From Chrysomallon squamiferum (Eukaryota; Animalia; Mollusca): a DNA stretch of 64,000 nucleotides. This document shows, in pieces, positions 1 through 13,729 of this stretch (its first letter is position 1; every line of letters begins with the position of its first letter). The DNA is taken from contig CM022675.1 of the NCBI GenBank assembly GCA_012295275.1, forward strand, positions 12,958,001 to 13,022,000, in the 5' to 3' direction. Position numbers and translations under genes: made by a program. The notes beneath the pieces were generated by a model, which was not told the origin of the DNA, ran no database searches, and saw only the letters and a list, made by a program, of their open reading frames with translations.

Positions 1-273
1 CAACGACAAATATAAAATCAGTTTATAATTTACCATCCTTGTCATAGTGTTGTTCATACCCTAAACGTGATAACGAGCACCTTGGGCATAGAAATAAATA
101 AATAAATAAATAATATTTATTAAAATTATTATTATTATTATTATCATTATTATATCACATTCAACATTTACGATCTTCTGTAAATGCATGTCCTGTAACA
201 GGTGTGTCGTATTGCAAAAACGTGGTTATACAATATCTGTATTTAATAGTAAAGACATACATGTTTATTTTAG

Positions 274-1579
<1,306 letters not shown>

Positions 1580-1740
1580 AAACGAGAAACTCCGACTGTG
1601 AAAAGAACCGTGTTGAAGAAATAGACGCTGAAAGTGTGATAGAGAAAGCAGACGTGGAACGTACGAATAAAGCAACGAGTGGACACAAAAAGGAAGTCGT
1701 GTTAAAAGCTGGACATTCTACGGATTCAAAATCTAAAACA

Positions 1741-2526
1741 AACACATCAAATATCAAATCAGAAGCAAACACACCAAGTATCAAATCAGAAAGAAACACA
1801 TCAAATATCAAATCAGAAAGAAACACACCAAGTATCAGATCAGAAAGAAACACACCAAGTATCAGATCAGAAAGAAACACACCAAGTATCAAATCAGAAA
1901 GAAACACATCAAATATCAAATCAGAAAGAAACACACCAAGTATAAAATCAGAAAGAAACACACCAAGTATAAAATCAGAAAGAAACACACCAAGTATCAA
2001 ATCCGAAGCAAACACACCAAGTATAAAATCAGAAAGAAACACACCAAGTACCAAATCAGAGAGGAACACACCAAGTATCAAATCAGAAAGAAACACATCA
2101 AATATCAAATCAGAAGCAAACACACCAAGTATCAAATCAGAAAGAAACACACCAAGTATCAAATCAGAAAGAAACACATCAAATATCAAATCAGAAAGAA
2201 ACACACCAAGTATCAGATCAGAAGCAAACACACCAAGTATCAAATCAGAAAGAAACACACCAAGTATCAAATCAGAAAGAAACACACCAAGTATCAGATC
2301 GGAAACAAACACGCCAGATATCAAATCAGAAAGAAACACACCAAGTATCAAATCAGAAAGAAACACACCAAGTATCAAATCAGAAGCAAACACACCAAGT
2401 ATCAAATCAAAAAGAAACACACCAAGTATCAAATCAGAGAGGAACACACCAAGTATCAAATCAGAAAGAAACACACCAAGTATCAAATCAGAGAGGAACA
2501 CACCAGATATCAAATCAGAAAGAAAC
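1741..2526 (+). repeat. 27-nt coding minisatellite, ~29 units (aacacaccaagtatcaaatcagaaaga)
   Basis: Direct reading; variants NTPSIKSER, NTSNIKSER, NTPSIKSEA, NTPDIKSER, with no stops or indels seen. Confidence 0.97.
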
Positions 2527-3311
2527 ATGGATAGCTCAAAATCGGAAACCAAACTGGATGAACCGTTTGTGGGTACAGAAACACTCAGACAAGGTTCAGC
2601 TACAGGCGAGGACAGAAACGATCAAACAAGCTGCCGAAGAGACTCACGTTACGTCACGAACGACAACTCCAGAGAAGTAACCAAAACGAATTTGCTTTGA
2701 ATCAGATGGAAAGTGAATTGTAAAATTCAAAAAATAGGACAGTGTGAAGAATGCTGTGTGCGTGTTCATGCATGCATGTATGTATGTATGTATGTATGTA
2801 TGTATGTATGTATGTATGTATGTATGTATGTATATGTATGTATACATGTATGTGTGTGTGTGTGTGATGTTTTCTCTTTTTATGCATTGACCTATGTTTT
2901 TAATATTATGTCTTAAAGTATATTCTTTGTAGTTATTATTTAATATACCTCCATTTCGCTACTGTAATTTATTGCAGTAAATATCTTACTTAAATTTATT
3001 CTATTATCTCTTCTTTGTTTTCTACAAAATATCGTGTTTTAATTCTTGTGTGATTTCGGTTTTTAGTCGAAAAATAATTGTATCATATAGATACAGTTTA
3101 TTTGCACTCAACGTCATGGACGTGACGAACAACGTTGATGCATTAACATCAATACATATTAAAACATCTTGTGTGAAAGTGTATTATCACTATATTTACT
3201 ATAGAACTCAGTTATCAAATTATATTATATTATTATTAGCATGTCACAGATCACTAAACAACGTATTTCATTTACTTTCAGTGATCTGAAAAGGTGTTGA
3301 TGTTTGCAAAA

Positions 3312-3342
<31 letters not shown>

Positions 3343-3723
3343 GTAAATATGTGTGTGAGAGAGAGTTTCTCTTAAAATCAAGGACTGAACATACGTCAGT
3401 TTAATATCCATATTTACATTCATACAGACAAACACACAGACAGGCTAATTGACTGACTGACAGACAAACACACAGATAGGCTGATTGACTGACACGCCAG
3501 CACACAAGTTTCATTTCTTACCACAGTTGTTCTTCAGTATCATTCATAGACTCTAATAACCTACAGTGATAATCAACTGACTGACTTATAATCCACAGAC
3601 AGGCTAATTAACTGACTGACATTTCCCTAATCCAAAATAATTTGACAATTTTCACAAGATTTTGTAAATGTTGATATTGTCAGTTATTCATGTTTAGGTC
3701 GTTGAAAATACTTCATGTAGCAG

Positions 3724-3774
<51 letters not shown>

Positions 3775-3831
3775 CACAGACACAAATGATAAACAAAAAT
3801 ACCTCAGCAGTATAGTCAAAGACTATTAAAT

Positions 3832-3949
3832 TTTATTGCACAGTTTCATTTGACGTTGTGTATAATCAAAAGATTATTAAAGAATTTTCAAATTTAGTAA
3901 ATCACGTTTTGCACGGTTAATGTCTTCTGTATCGTTACTTCCTGTAAGT
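3832..3949 (-). other. Non-coding terminal exon and AATAAA poly(A) signal of CAP paralog 1
   Basis: Donor 4 nt after the stop (4495), acceptor ttttcag ending at 3950, AATAAA at 3832-3837. The same exon and signal recur at 16586-16591, 28819-28824 and 43610-43615. Confidence 0.75.
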
Positions 3950-4029
3950 CTGAAAACAAAAATTATATATATTAATTATATTTTGTTTGTTTGTTTGTTT
4001 GTTTACTTATATATTTTTTTAGTTAGGTA

Positions 4030-4060
<31 letters not shown>

Positions 4061-4499
4061 TTTATTTATTTATTTATTTATTTATTTTACTTTTTTTTAT
4101 TATTATTTATATATACTTTTATGAACATGTAGATAATAAAAAAAGAAGCAGAATAATAGCATTAACTGTATTGATAGTCCTGTCGACTGAAGGTGTTTAT
4201 AAATTTATAAATAAATCTTCTATAAAATGTGAATATTTTAACACGATCTTTGATACATCAGTTGTACAGTATTAGTTATAAAAGTGTTGAATAAGAAACA
4301 ACCCAGTGAGTGTATTAACAACAAGAAAACAATAGTACGTGGAAAGAGAACAAGAACAAGCAGAACAAAAACAGAAGAAACAAAAAACGAATAATAGAGA
4401 TAATAATACAGAAAACAACATGAAGAAAAATAAAAAGAAGTAAACCAATAATAATAAGAAGAAATCTAAAAAAAAAAGCAATATGGCGATCTTACCAGT

Positions 4500-4781
4500 T
4501 CAACAAAGATGCATACACGCTATGTCTGCATACCAACAGTATCTTCGTAAACCTCTTCGAAATGCACGATTCAACTTTCTTTCACAAAACCATTTCCTTC
4601 TATCCCAACATCTGTAACCTTTTGAAATATTTATATATATATTTAATAACTAGACAGAGTTTTGAATATTTACACTTTAACTACAAGTTACTGAATATTT
4701 AGATTTTTAACTCCATATTATGAAATATTTCTATATTTTTAGTAGAATTATTTTTTCAAAATCCATGCTTCTAATATATAT

Positions 4782-4855
<74 letters not shown>

Positions 4856-7800
4856 AATAATATACAACAACAACAACAACAACAATAATAATAATAATAA
4901 TAATAATAATAATCTCCTCACCTGAACACACACCACATGAATATCTACATCTTCGCCTTATTCTCCTTCTGCTGCACATTCGATCCCAGATATAAGAAAT
5001 TTCCCCCAAAATCTCGTCAACACAACCTGAAAGAAAAATGCTTCAATAAATCAGTCAGTCCACATTGACACTTCACTAAACTTTACCTTTTATAAGTCAT
5101 AAGTTTTCATTTACTCCGATGATCTGAGAGAGAAAATCCGCTGTAGACAGTATGTTCTACTCCTACCAACTAGTAGCAAGAAGTCTTTCATTTGCTTCTT
5201 CCCACAAAGAGAAAGCAAAATATATGAGCCTTCAGCACACAGATTGAGACAGAAATGCAATATCTAATTACAGTTTTTCAAATCTACGAATAACGTTTTA
5301 TTCAACCCATTGTTAAGTTAATGACCAACAACGTAACAGCTGAAAACGGACGCCACGTTTTCAGATGGAAGTTTTGGGCAGCATTTAATATTTTCGTCTT
5401 CTTCATTTTGAAAATAATATAAACGAAAATAATGTTCACTGGATTATATTATTAGCATTTAAAAAACTAACTGTCTGCAGCATGTAGCAGTCTTGTCACG
5501 TTTAGTATTTAAAAATTAAAAACATACCACTGATCAGCTTTTGTTTATTGCCCTTTAGTATAGTATATCGGTGTCTTATTCAGAATGAGTAATTTCACTT
5601 GATGATCTACACTGACAGAAACGTGATACATAACTTACTGTTTTCACACATTGGTCCGTAGAAGTTTGTTTTGCATTCACACTGACAAGTTTCTGTGTTC
5701 AAAGTTCCACCATTCTTACACTGCACATTACAGGCAACTGTGGAGGAAATGGATATGTAGGTAAATGGATGGATGAACGGATGGATTGATGGCTATATGA
5801 TGCTTTAATGGATATACAGACATATAACTGCATATACGTTTATAGCAACATACACATACAAACATACACACATACATGCATATATACCAACATATATACC
5901 CAGCCGTGCACACACATATACATGTAAATAGAAACATACACATAGACCCACATACATACTTATATTTACGTGTGTAGACGTACACAGAGACACAAACATA
6001 CAGATACATATATGCACTCACTCCCTATAAAAGATAGTTACTCTGTTTACAATGTCGGTACATATGTATCTAATAATTATTTTGTATGTACTTGTAGTTG
6101 TTGGTGTTGTAGGTGTTGCTGTAGTTGTCGATGTTGTAGTTTTTGGAGTTGTAGTTGTAGTTGTTGATGTAGTTGTCGATGTTGTTGTTTTTGGAGTTGT
6201 AGTTGTCGTTGTTGATGTTGTAGTTGTCGGCGTAGTTGTAGTTGTAGTTGTCGGCGTAGTTGTAGTTGTAGTTGTCGGCGTAGTTGTAGTTGTTGTCGTT
6301 GTAGTTGTCCGCGTTGTAGTTGTGTTTGGCGTTGTAGTTGGTGGCTCGTCAGTTATTAGCGGTCCACTTATTGGCGGTGGAGTTATATTCGGGTCAGGTG
6401 TTGCAGATGTTGATGAAGATGACAGCGCTGAAATAGAAATAAATAGATTATCAGTCAAACATAGAAAAGAAATATTTACATTACCGAGATTTGATTCAAG
6501 ATCACGCTAAGTATTTTTAAGGATGGTGTGCAGTCTACACCACTCTAAGAAGTTCTGGTATTATTTTAATCAATAACTTACTACAGCAATAACATTACTA
6601 CAGCAATAACTTACTACAATCTCCGAAACAGGCACAAGCGCATCTTGTTCCATTTAAGTCTGTAACGTAACGCTTGTGGCCATCCTCCATACAGGTGACA
6701 GAGCACGTATCTGAAATATTTTATACACAAATATCTTAAGTCTTTACTGCTTTCTGTGTCTAAACCTACAACCACCACGTTGTTTTAACTACTCTAAGAT
6801 ACATACACATAACAGAAGATATGTAAGACATTTGTTTAAATTTGTACAATGTCTGTCTCTTAGTGCGCGTGTTTCTGAGAAAGAGAATGAAAACAAATAT
6901 TTCACTTCGTGTTCAACAGCCATAGAAAAGTTTAAGAACGTTGGAGATAAAAAGATCATGAGCAATAAATAAATATATATATATATATATATATTCTGTT
7001 TAAATATCTAAGCGAGTTCTTTATCAAATGTTTAGCAAAAACAATGGAATATATATATATATATATATACACAAACATACATACACACAGACAGACATAT
7101 ATTCCATTGTTTTTGATAAACATTTGATAGGGAACTCGTTTGGGATATTTAAACAGAATGGGAGAAAGGGTGGCATAGACAGAGTGAGATATAGAGACAG
7201 GCAAAGAGACAGAGAGACAGACAGACCTGTGAATATAAGGGCACAATCTGTGGTGCTCTATTTAATACTACACATGAAAATTCAATCATATATGTAAACT
7301 CTATATGTGTACGATAAAAACTACCTGCTTTCATAAAAAACACAAAAAGAAAACCGAGAAAAAACCACAAAAAAACCAACAACAATAGTAATAAAAAATA
7401 AATAAAATAGTAAAAAAATAAAATAAAACAAAATAATGAAAAAATAATTTAAAAACCGTAATACAGAAGAGTATAAATATACATTCTTAAATGTTGGAAG
7501 GCACAGTTACAAATGCCGGGTTACTTACCTGGACAGACCTTACATAATTTAGGACAGTACTGTGATGCGTAATTAAAGCCTCTATTGCAGTCATTCTTAC
7601 TGCACGTATAGTCCGAAACATCGGCAGGACAGTTCACTTGAAAACAGAATAATAATATATAGTTATTAGTCACTAATATTTGTCATGAAACAGTTGTTGA
7701 GCTCAGCAACTTTCATAACGAGCCAAATTAGTCTACCTTCGAAGTTCCAACATCTTTCTTAAAAACACACAGTGATATGACTTCAAACATTTAACGCATT

Positions 7801-9390
7801 AAGTACGTTACGCTCAAGTAACTATTCCTGTTTTGTTAGAGTCGAGGACACGTAAGTTTTGATTAACTGTTGATTTACAATATTCCTCAACTTGAAACTA
7901 TCTTAAACACAAAAGTAACAATTAATTACAAGTATACTGAAAGCAGTTGTGGTATTTGTTCTAATTACAAAGGTCTTGTATTACTAAATAAAACCACAAG
8001 TATAAAAAACATAGTAAGACTGGTCCAATGCCCATAGCAGTAAGCAAAACTATTAATACACTGCATCTGCGAGATTGCAACGTATTCCAATGAAACTTGT
8101 AATAGGTGACCTGTATTTTCACTCTTTATTCTTATCACTACATCAACATATTACAATTATTCTACTTACATGTTTCGCACCGACTGCTGGTAAAATATTT
8201 TGGACATGTACAAGAACAATCCGTAACATTCAACTTTCCTCCATTGAAACAGACCTTACCATAACAATCTGTAAAAAAAAACAGACTGAGTAAACGCTTT
8301 TATTTGTCACTGAAACAGTTTGAAAAGTCAGTATTATATTTTGTCTAGTAAATAAGTCATTTATCTGAATTATTGTAATGTTTCATTCATCAGCCTATTT
8401 TTGTCTGAAGTATCGTATTTCAGTATTTGTTTTTTAGTATAGGTTTTTCACTATTCAGATGATTTTTGATTGAATTATAGTGGTTCGTTCCTTTAGTAAT
8501 TTTTCTACTTAATAATACGGTGTATCAGTAGTCAAATGTTCCATTTAAAGTTTGATAATGCTTCATTAGTAAGACAATTTCTGTCTGAAGTATAATGCTT
8601 TAGTAGTCAAGTATTTATTCGATTGAAGAAATATAGTATATCATTGGTCAGATATTGATATTTGAAAGTATAGTGTTTCACTGGTCAGTATTCGTATCTC
8701 AAAGAGTACAGTTGTTTTAGCCACGAAGCAGTTATTTATCTAATTTGTAGTGTTTCACTAATCAAATACATTTAATTTGAAGCATTATTGTGTTTCACTA
8801 ATGAAGATAATTTTATCTGAAGTATCATTTCATTAATCCAACACTAGTTTTCTTATTACTGTAGGATAGTATTTGACAAGTGAAACAATTTCTATTTGAA
8901 GTATAACAATTTACTAGTTATGTACTTTTTATTTGAAGTATAACAATTTACTAGTTATGTATCTTTTATTTGAAGTATGGCAATTTACTAGTTATGTATT
9001 TTTTATTTGAAGTATAACAATTTACTAGTTATGTACTTTTTACTAGTTATGTATTTTTTATTTGAAGTATGGTTTTACTAGTTAAATTTGAAGTATAACA
9101 AACTAGTTATGTATTTTTTATTTTAGTCTTTGAAGTATAGATTGACTAGAAAGTAAGTATTTACCACAGGTGTTGGTGTAGACTCTGTTTCTCCTGAGAC
9201 ACGTGTCACACTTCATACCTGTAGCCGGGGCACAGTAAGGCTTAATAACAGTGATCTGTCTGAAGAAATGTGAAAACAAATAACTAAATAGTAAATACAG
9301 TTACTTACTTACATTATACATAACAAATACTGTAAGTGTATCAGAGGAGTATGTCCTATGAACTCTTTAAACTGTGTATCTTTATCACAG

Positions 9391-9422
<32 letters not shown>

Positions 9423-11635
9423 CCATTCATGCAGATACAGACGCACACACAGAGAGACACACTTATATAGATGCATATATGTATCTATTCTTACATACAA
9501 ACAAACACACGTCTACAGAGTGGGAGAGAATGGCTGCTATGAGTTCAAGTCTCGTCAGCGGCATCTGACTTTTGTGAGTTGTTTTATGGCGATTGGTGTG
9601 TTATTTTTGTTTTATGGTTTGAAAACTTACTGGTGCGCGTAATTACAAGCAACAATGTATCTGTATCTCCCGCGGATTCCATTGTCGCCACAGTCGACCA
9701 AAGCACAGCCCACTCTCGAAGATCTGTGCAGAATCATCTACAGTGTGTGAGATGAATGAATGAATGAATAGAAAAAAAAAATACATAAATAAATACATAA
9801 ATAAATAATAAAATGGGATTCGAAATGCTAATGTCAGTGAAAAAATTACATATTAGTTTTTAAACGATAGAAATCTTACTGAAACTGTAAAATAGAAATT
9901 TGAAAGTTAGTAACTGAATCTGTAGAAACTTAAGAAACTATTACGTCGGTCATTTTGAAATATCATGTAGTAGATTTGAAATCCTACACAACTAATTTTA
10001 AATACTGTATTAACAATATTCAATGGACATCTTTTGATTAATTTAGTGATTTGATTTTGTCAAGTCTTTAAACAATGACGCTATTTCTGAAACTGTTTGT
10101 CTGTATCTAAGTCTGACAGTATTAAAAATGCAGGTAATGTCTGCGGACAAAGTTAATATCTAGTAAACTGACCTGCGTGTAGTGACCAACTTTCCCAAAA
10201 TCGTTATTTGCACCGAATACGTAATTTATATTCTCTTTTTCCCAATTTTTGATGGCAGGAATTATGTCCTGAGTTCGACCACTAGTGACATATATATTTT
10301 GACCAGTTGATACCCCAGGTAGACCTATCAGTTAGAAACATACAAAAACGTATAATGTATATTCACTTCCGTTTATACATTCAACTTTACACATTTACGT
10401 ATATTTATACATTCATATTTACATGTTAGTTACGTCTGTACATTCATATTTATATATTTGTATATATTCTTACATTCAGTTTCATACTTTTAATTACCTG
10501 TGTACATTTATGTTTAAATTCATATTTAAATATTTACGTACCATTTTTTATTGTCATATTTGCATCCATTAGTAAGACTGTAAGTTCATACTTACACGAT
10601 AGTTTACTTTATCTTAGAGATTAAAATATTTTATTAAAGAAAAATTTACTGAAAGCTCTTCTGTGTTTTATCAATATTTACATATGTACATGCCATTTTT
10701 TGTTCTGTTCATGTTTACATCTATTCCTTAGAGTTAACTAATATTTGCATGATAGTTTATTCTGTCTCAACAGTAGAATTATTTTATCAAAGAAAACTCA
10801 CTGAAAGCTCTTCTGTTTCCCTTCTCCTCGTGTTTAAACACACACTGAGCAGCGTGTTTTTTGGCAATGAAAGCAAGCTCATCATCCCACACCTGCAACG
10901 TAGTTTTAAAATGCTCACTGATCAGTAAGTACCGTTACTATATCATCCATCATTAGTTAGTCAATGATTTTAATAACGGATACTGTCACTGTGGTCAAAC
11001 AGTTGTCTTAATCATTTGAAAATAAAATGTTTCGGCTTTTTGACATTTATGAATCTTTTTTTTTCTTTGTCCTGGCTTTTCAGTTAAAGATTTAGAGGAG
11101 GGAAATTAATAATGATTACAATACTGTTTAATGTTTACAGGACAAAACAATTTTTACGATACCATAGTCTCCATGTCACCAGCTGGAGGATGGACTTCGT
11201 TTCTCACACGATTGTGTTCAGCAACGGCAGCGTCTTTCTGCTGCTGTGTTAGTGGAATTTCAGTTCCAACATCAGTTAGACAGGCCGTGTGATTGGGACC
11301 AAAGAATTCATACTTGCACTGAAAAGGAATAACGTGATTTCTTCTTTTACAGTACTTCTGTTAACTACTACTGATACCACAACAACAACAGCAACTACTA
11401 CTACTACTACTACTACTACAGACATTATGACTATTACTATCTTTGCTACTAGGACTACGACTAGTACCACTACTATTACTACAACGTTTACTAGTACAAT
11501 AACAGCTATTACTACTAGTATTAAAAATACTCCCAAAACTACTAAGGTGATGATAATTACTTCTAATATTACTCCTATAGCTTTTGATAATAATAGTAAC
11601 TGCATATTTTTCTGTCATCACCACCATCATCAACA

Positions 11636-11666
<31 letters not shown>

Positions 11667-12639
11667 ATTTATTTATTTATTAAATACTGAATTAACTAAG
11701 TCTAAGGCATCAAAATGTATTACTAACTTGCCCATTAATTAAACTTTCACATTACCTATATATATATATCTATTTCAAATGAAGTAGTTTTTATTATATG
11801 AGACCTTAAAAGCAAAGGTGAACGAACAAACGTTATGCGTACATGAAAATGCAGCTAATATTAAATTCTGTGACCTTTGTGATCATTTTAAATACAGTCA
11901 ATATATTTATATACAAACTTACATTGTCTCGCTTTGTGATGGAATCTGTAAGTAATGATAATAATAATAATAATAATAATAATACGTATTTATAATACCG
12001 TGTTAATAATAGGTTTAATATATGTAGTATGATAATAGTAATAATTCGTATATTTATATTATTATAATGAAAAACAATATGACTCGTACTTGTTATATGA
12101 TAATCGTAATATGTATGACACACATAATATGATAACAGCAATTCATGTAAGACTGGTAACACGACAGCAAAGCGGACAATATTTGCAGTGTGATAATAAC
12201 ACAAATCATAGACGGATATGATAGCATGTATATGTCTTACGTTTATGGCAATAATACATTTTTAGTACTGGCAATTAAAATCTGAAATTGTTTTCGGAGT
12301 GACCGAGTTGCTGGCAGTTTAGCTCTATGAAGGATCAACGGTTTAGAACATTTTTCATTAAATGAAAATCAAAAATCCCTAATTTAATTATTTAATTTTT
12401 TACTTATCTTTTCGTTTAAGAAAAGCCTATTTTTTTTTTTCTCGCTCGAAAAAATTATTATCTATCGAATGTATTTGATCATTTTGTTTTTCATAAACAA
12501 ATACATTAGCCATAAAGGTGATGGAATTAGAAAATCTGCGAGGAAAAGCTTTAATAAAAAACAACTTACCTGAATCTTCAGCTAAGCAGAATGAAAACTG
12601 CAAGAAGAAACACAGAACTACAGTTCTGAAACAACCCAT
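4500..12639 (-). CDS. Secreted CAP (SCP/CRISP) protein, Conus Tex31/Mr30-like, with EGF, ShK, mucin and Arg-rich Cys modules; paralog 1 (~551 aa)
   Basis: Exons: 12570-12639 (MGCFRTVVLCFFLQFSFCLAEDS signal); 11923-11945 (DSITKRDN); 11163-11318 (CKYEFFGPNHTACLTD...EHNRVRNEVHPPAGDMETM); 10802-10892 (VWDDELAFIAKKHAAQCVFKH); 10173-10324 (GQNIY...WEKE...GHYTQ); 9631-9737 (SSRVGCALVDC...CNY); 9165-9259 (hinge); 8170-8268 (EGF, CFNGG..CSCTC); 7529-7636 (ShK, CPKLCKVC); 6615-6710 (EGF-like); 6092-6427 (Thr-rich); 5639-5737 (EGF, CKNGG); 4922-5026; 4500-4618 (TGA). All introns are GT-AG, phases agree, total 1656 nt. Confidence 0.93.
8330..9150. repeat. Degenerate ~38-nt tandem repeat (tttatctgaagtat...tttcactagt) filling intron 7
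   Basis: Near-exact 38-nt units at ~8893-9040; related degenerate arrays at ~20920-21550 and ~33600-34420. Confidence 0.7.
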
Positions 12640-12699
12640 TTTTTCTACCACAGAAAATAGCAGCTTGAAACAAATGTGCTTTAACACTGTTTGGTTTCG

Positions 12700-12709
12700 T
12701 ATATTTAAA
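12700..12709 (-). promoter_or_regulatory. TATA-like element (TTTAAATATA) ~60 nt upstream of the ATG
   Basis: Identical 10-mer at the same distance in all three CAP paralogs (12700-12709, 25361-25370, 38317-38326). Confidence 0.5.
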
Positions 12710-13614
12710 GGAATTAAACAGGCCATTTTTAATAAATTCTTTGTTTCATGTGTCTTCGGTTTTAACGCCAGCGCTTTCGAAATTCAATTTTTTTTCTTCA
12801 ATATATCTTTTTATTTCTTAACACTAATAACGATATATAGATATATATATATAAAAGAATGTTAGAGGAATAAATAAATTGACTTAAATTTGAATTTTTA
12901 GTTTCCAAAACACAAATATTTTCATATTATGGCCTTTCGGCCTACGCTTAAAAAGATAGGATCTACTACAGAGAAAGAATTGGGAATGGCTTGAAAATAA
13001 TAACATATGTGACATAACAACATCTTGCGAAATTGAGAAAAAAATAGATGAAAGAAATGAACTAAAACAAGAAAAAAAAACAAAAAAACAACAAAAAAAA
13101 CACAAAAGAAAGAAAAAAGAAGAAACAAAAGAAATAAAAAGACCCACCCCACCACTAAATTAACACCACTAAAAAAAATCAATTTGATGTTGTTTGTGCA
13201 AATGAAAAATGTTTCAAAATTTGTTACGAAACAAACTGGAGTACCATCATTTCCATGGAAAATATATTTTTTTTACCTTTTTTAATCGATGAAACAGAGC
13301 TACACGGAGTCATCACGTGCGAAGCCTGGGGCTGTGCGTTCGTGCACTGAGTACTGTCGTACGTGAGTATGTGCGTTCAACAGCTGGCAGCAGTTAACAA
13401 AGAACGTGGAGATTTTCCCTTTCTGATTGCGACGAACTGTGATGTGTACAGCAAGATTAGAGACGTCATAAATAAATGAAAACACACAGATTGTTTTGTG
13501 TGCATACAATTAAATTTAACATCACCTTGTTCTTTAGAAACTTACTACAACTTCAACACAGTTTCTATTAATGATGCATTTGATTGATTTATTTATTTAT
13601 TTATTTATTTATTT

Positions 13615-13649
<35 letters not shown>

Positions 13650-13729
13650 AAGGCAATTTAACTTAGACACATACACACACACACATCTGTTTCAATATTC
13701 ATTTTGTCAATACTTTCGAACGCAGATAT

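Noticed and set aside
3896-4502. Selenocysteine or readthrough at the conserved C-TGA, with the frame continuing TDLQEVTIQKTLTVQNVIY in the last exon
   Set aside because: The extension is cut by TAA in paralog 2 and by TAG in gene 4, gene 4 has Lys at the TGA position, and I see no convincing SECIS hairpin. A SECISearch run would settle it.
11276-11690. Thr-rich and Val-rich ORFs (also 23810-24326, 36665-37252, 40479-40787)
   Set aside because: Intronic or intergenic (ACT)n/(AAT)n-derived low-complexity sequence with no matching splice sites
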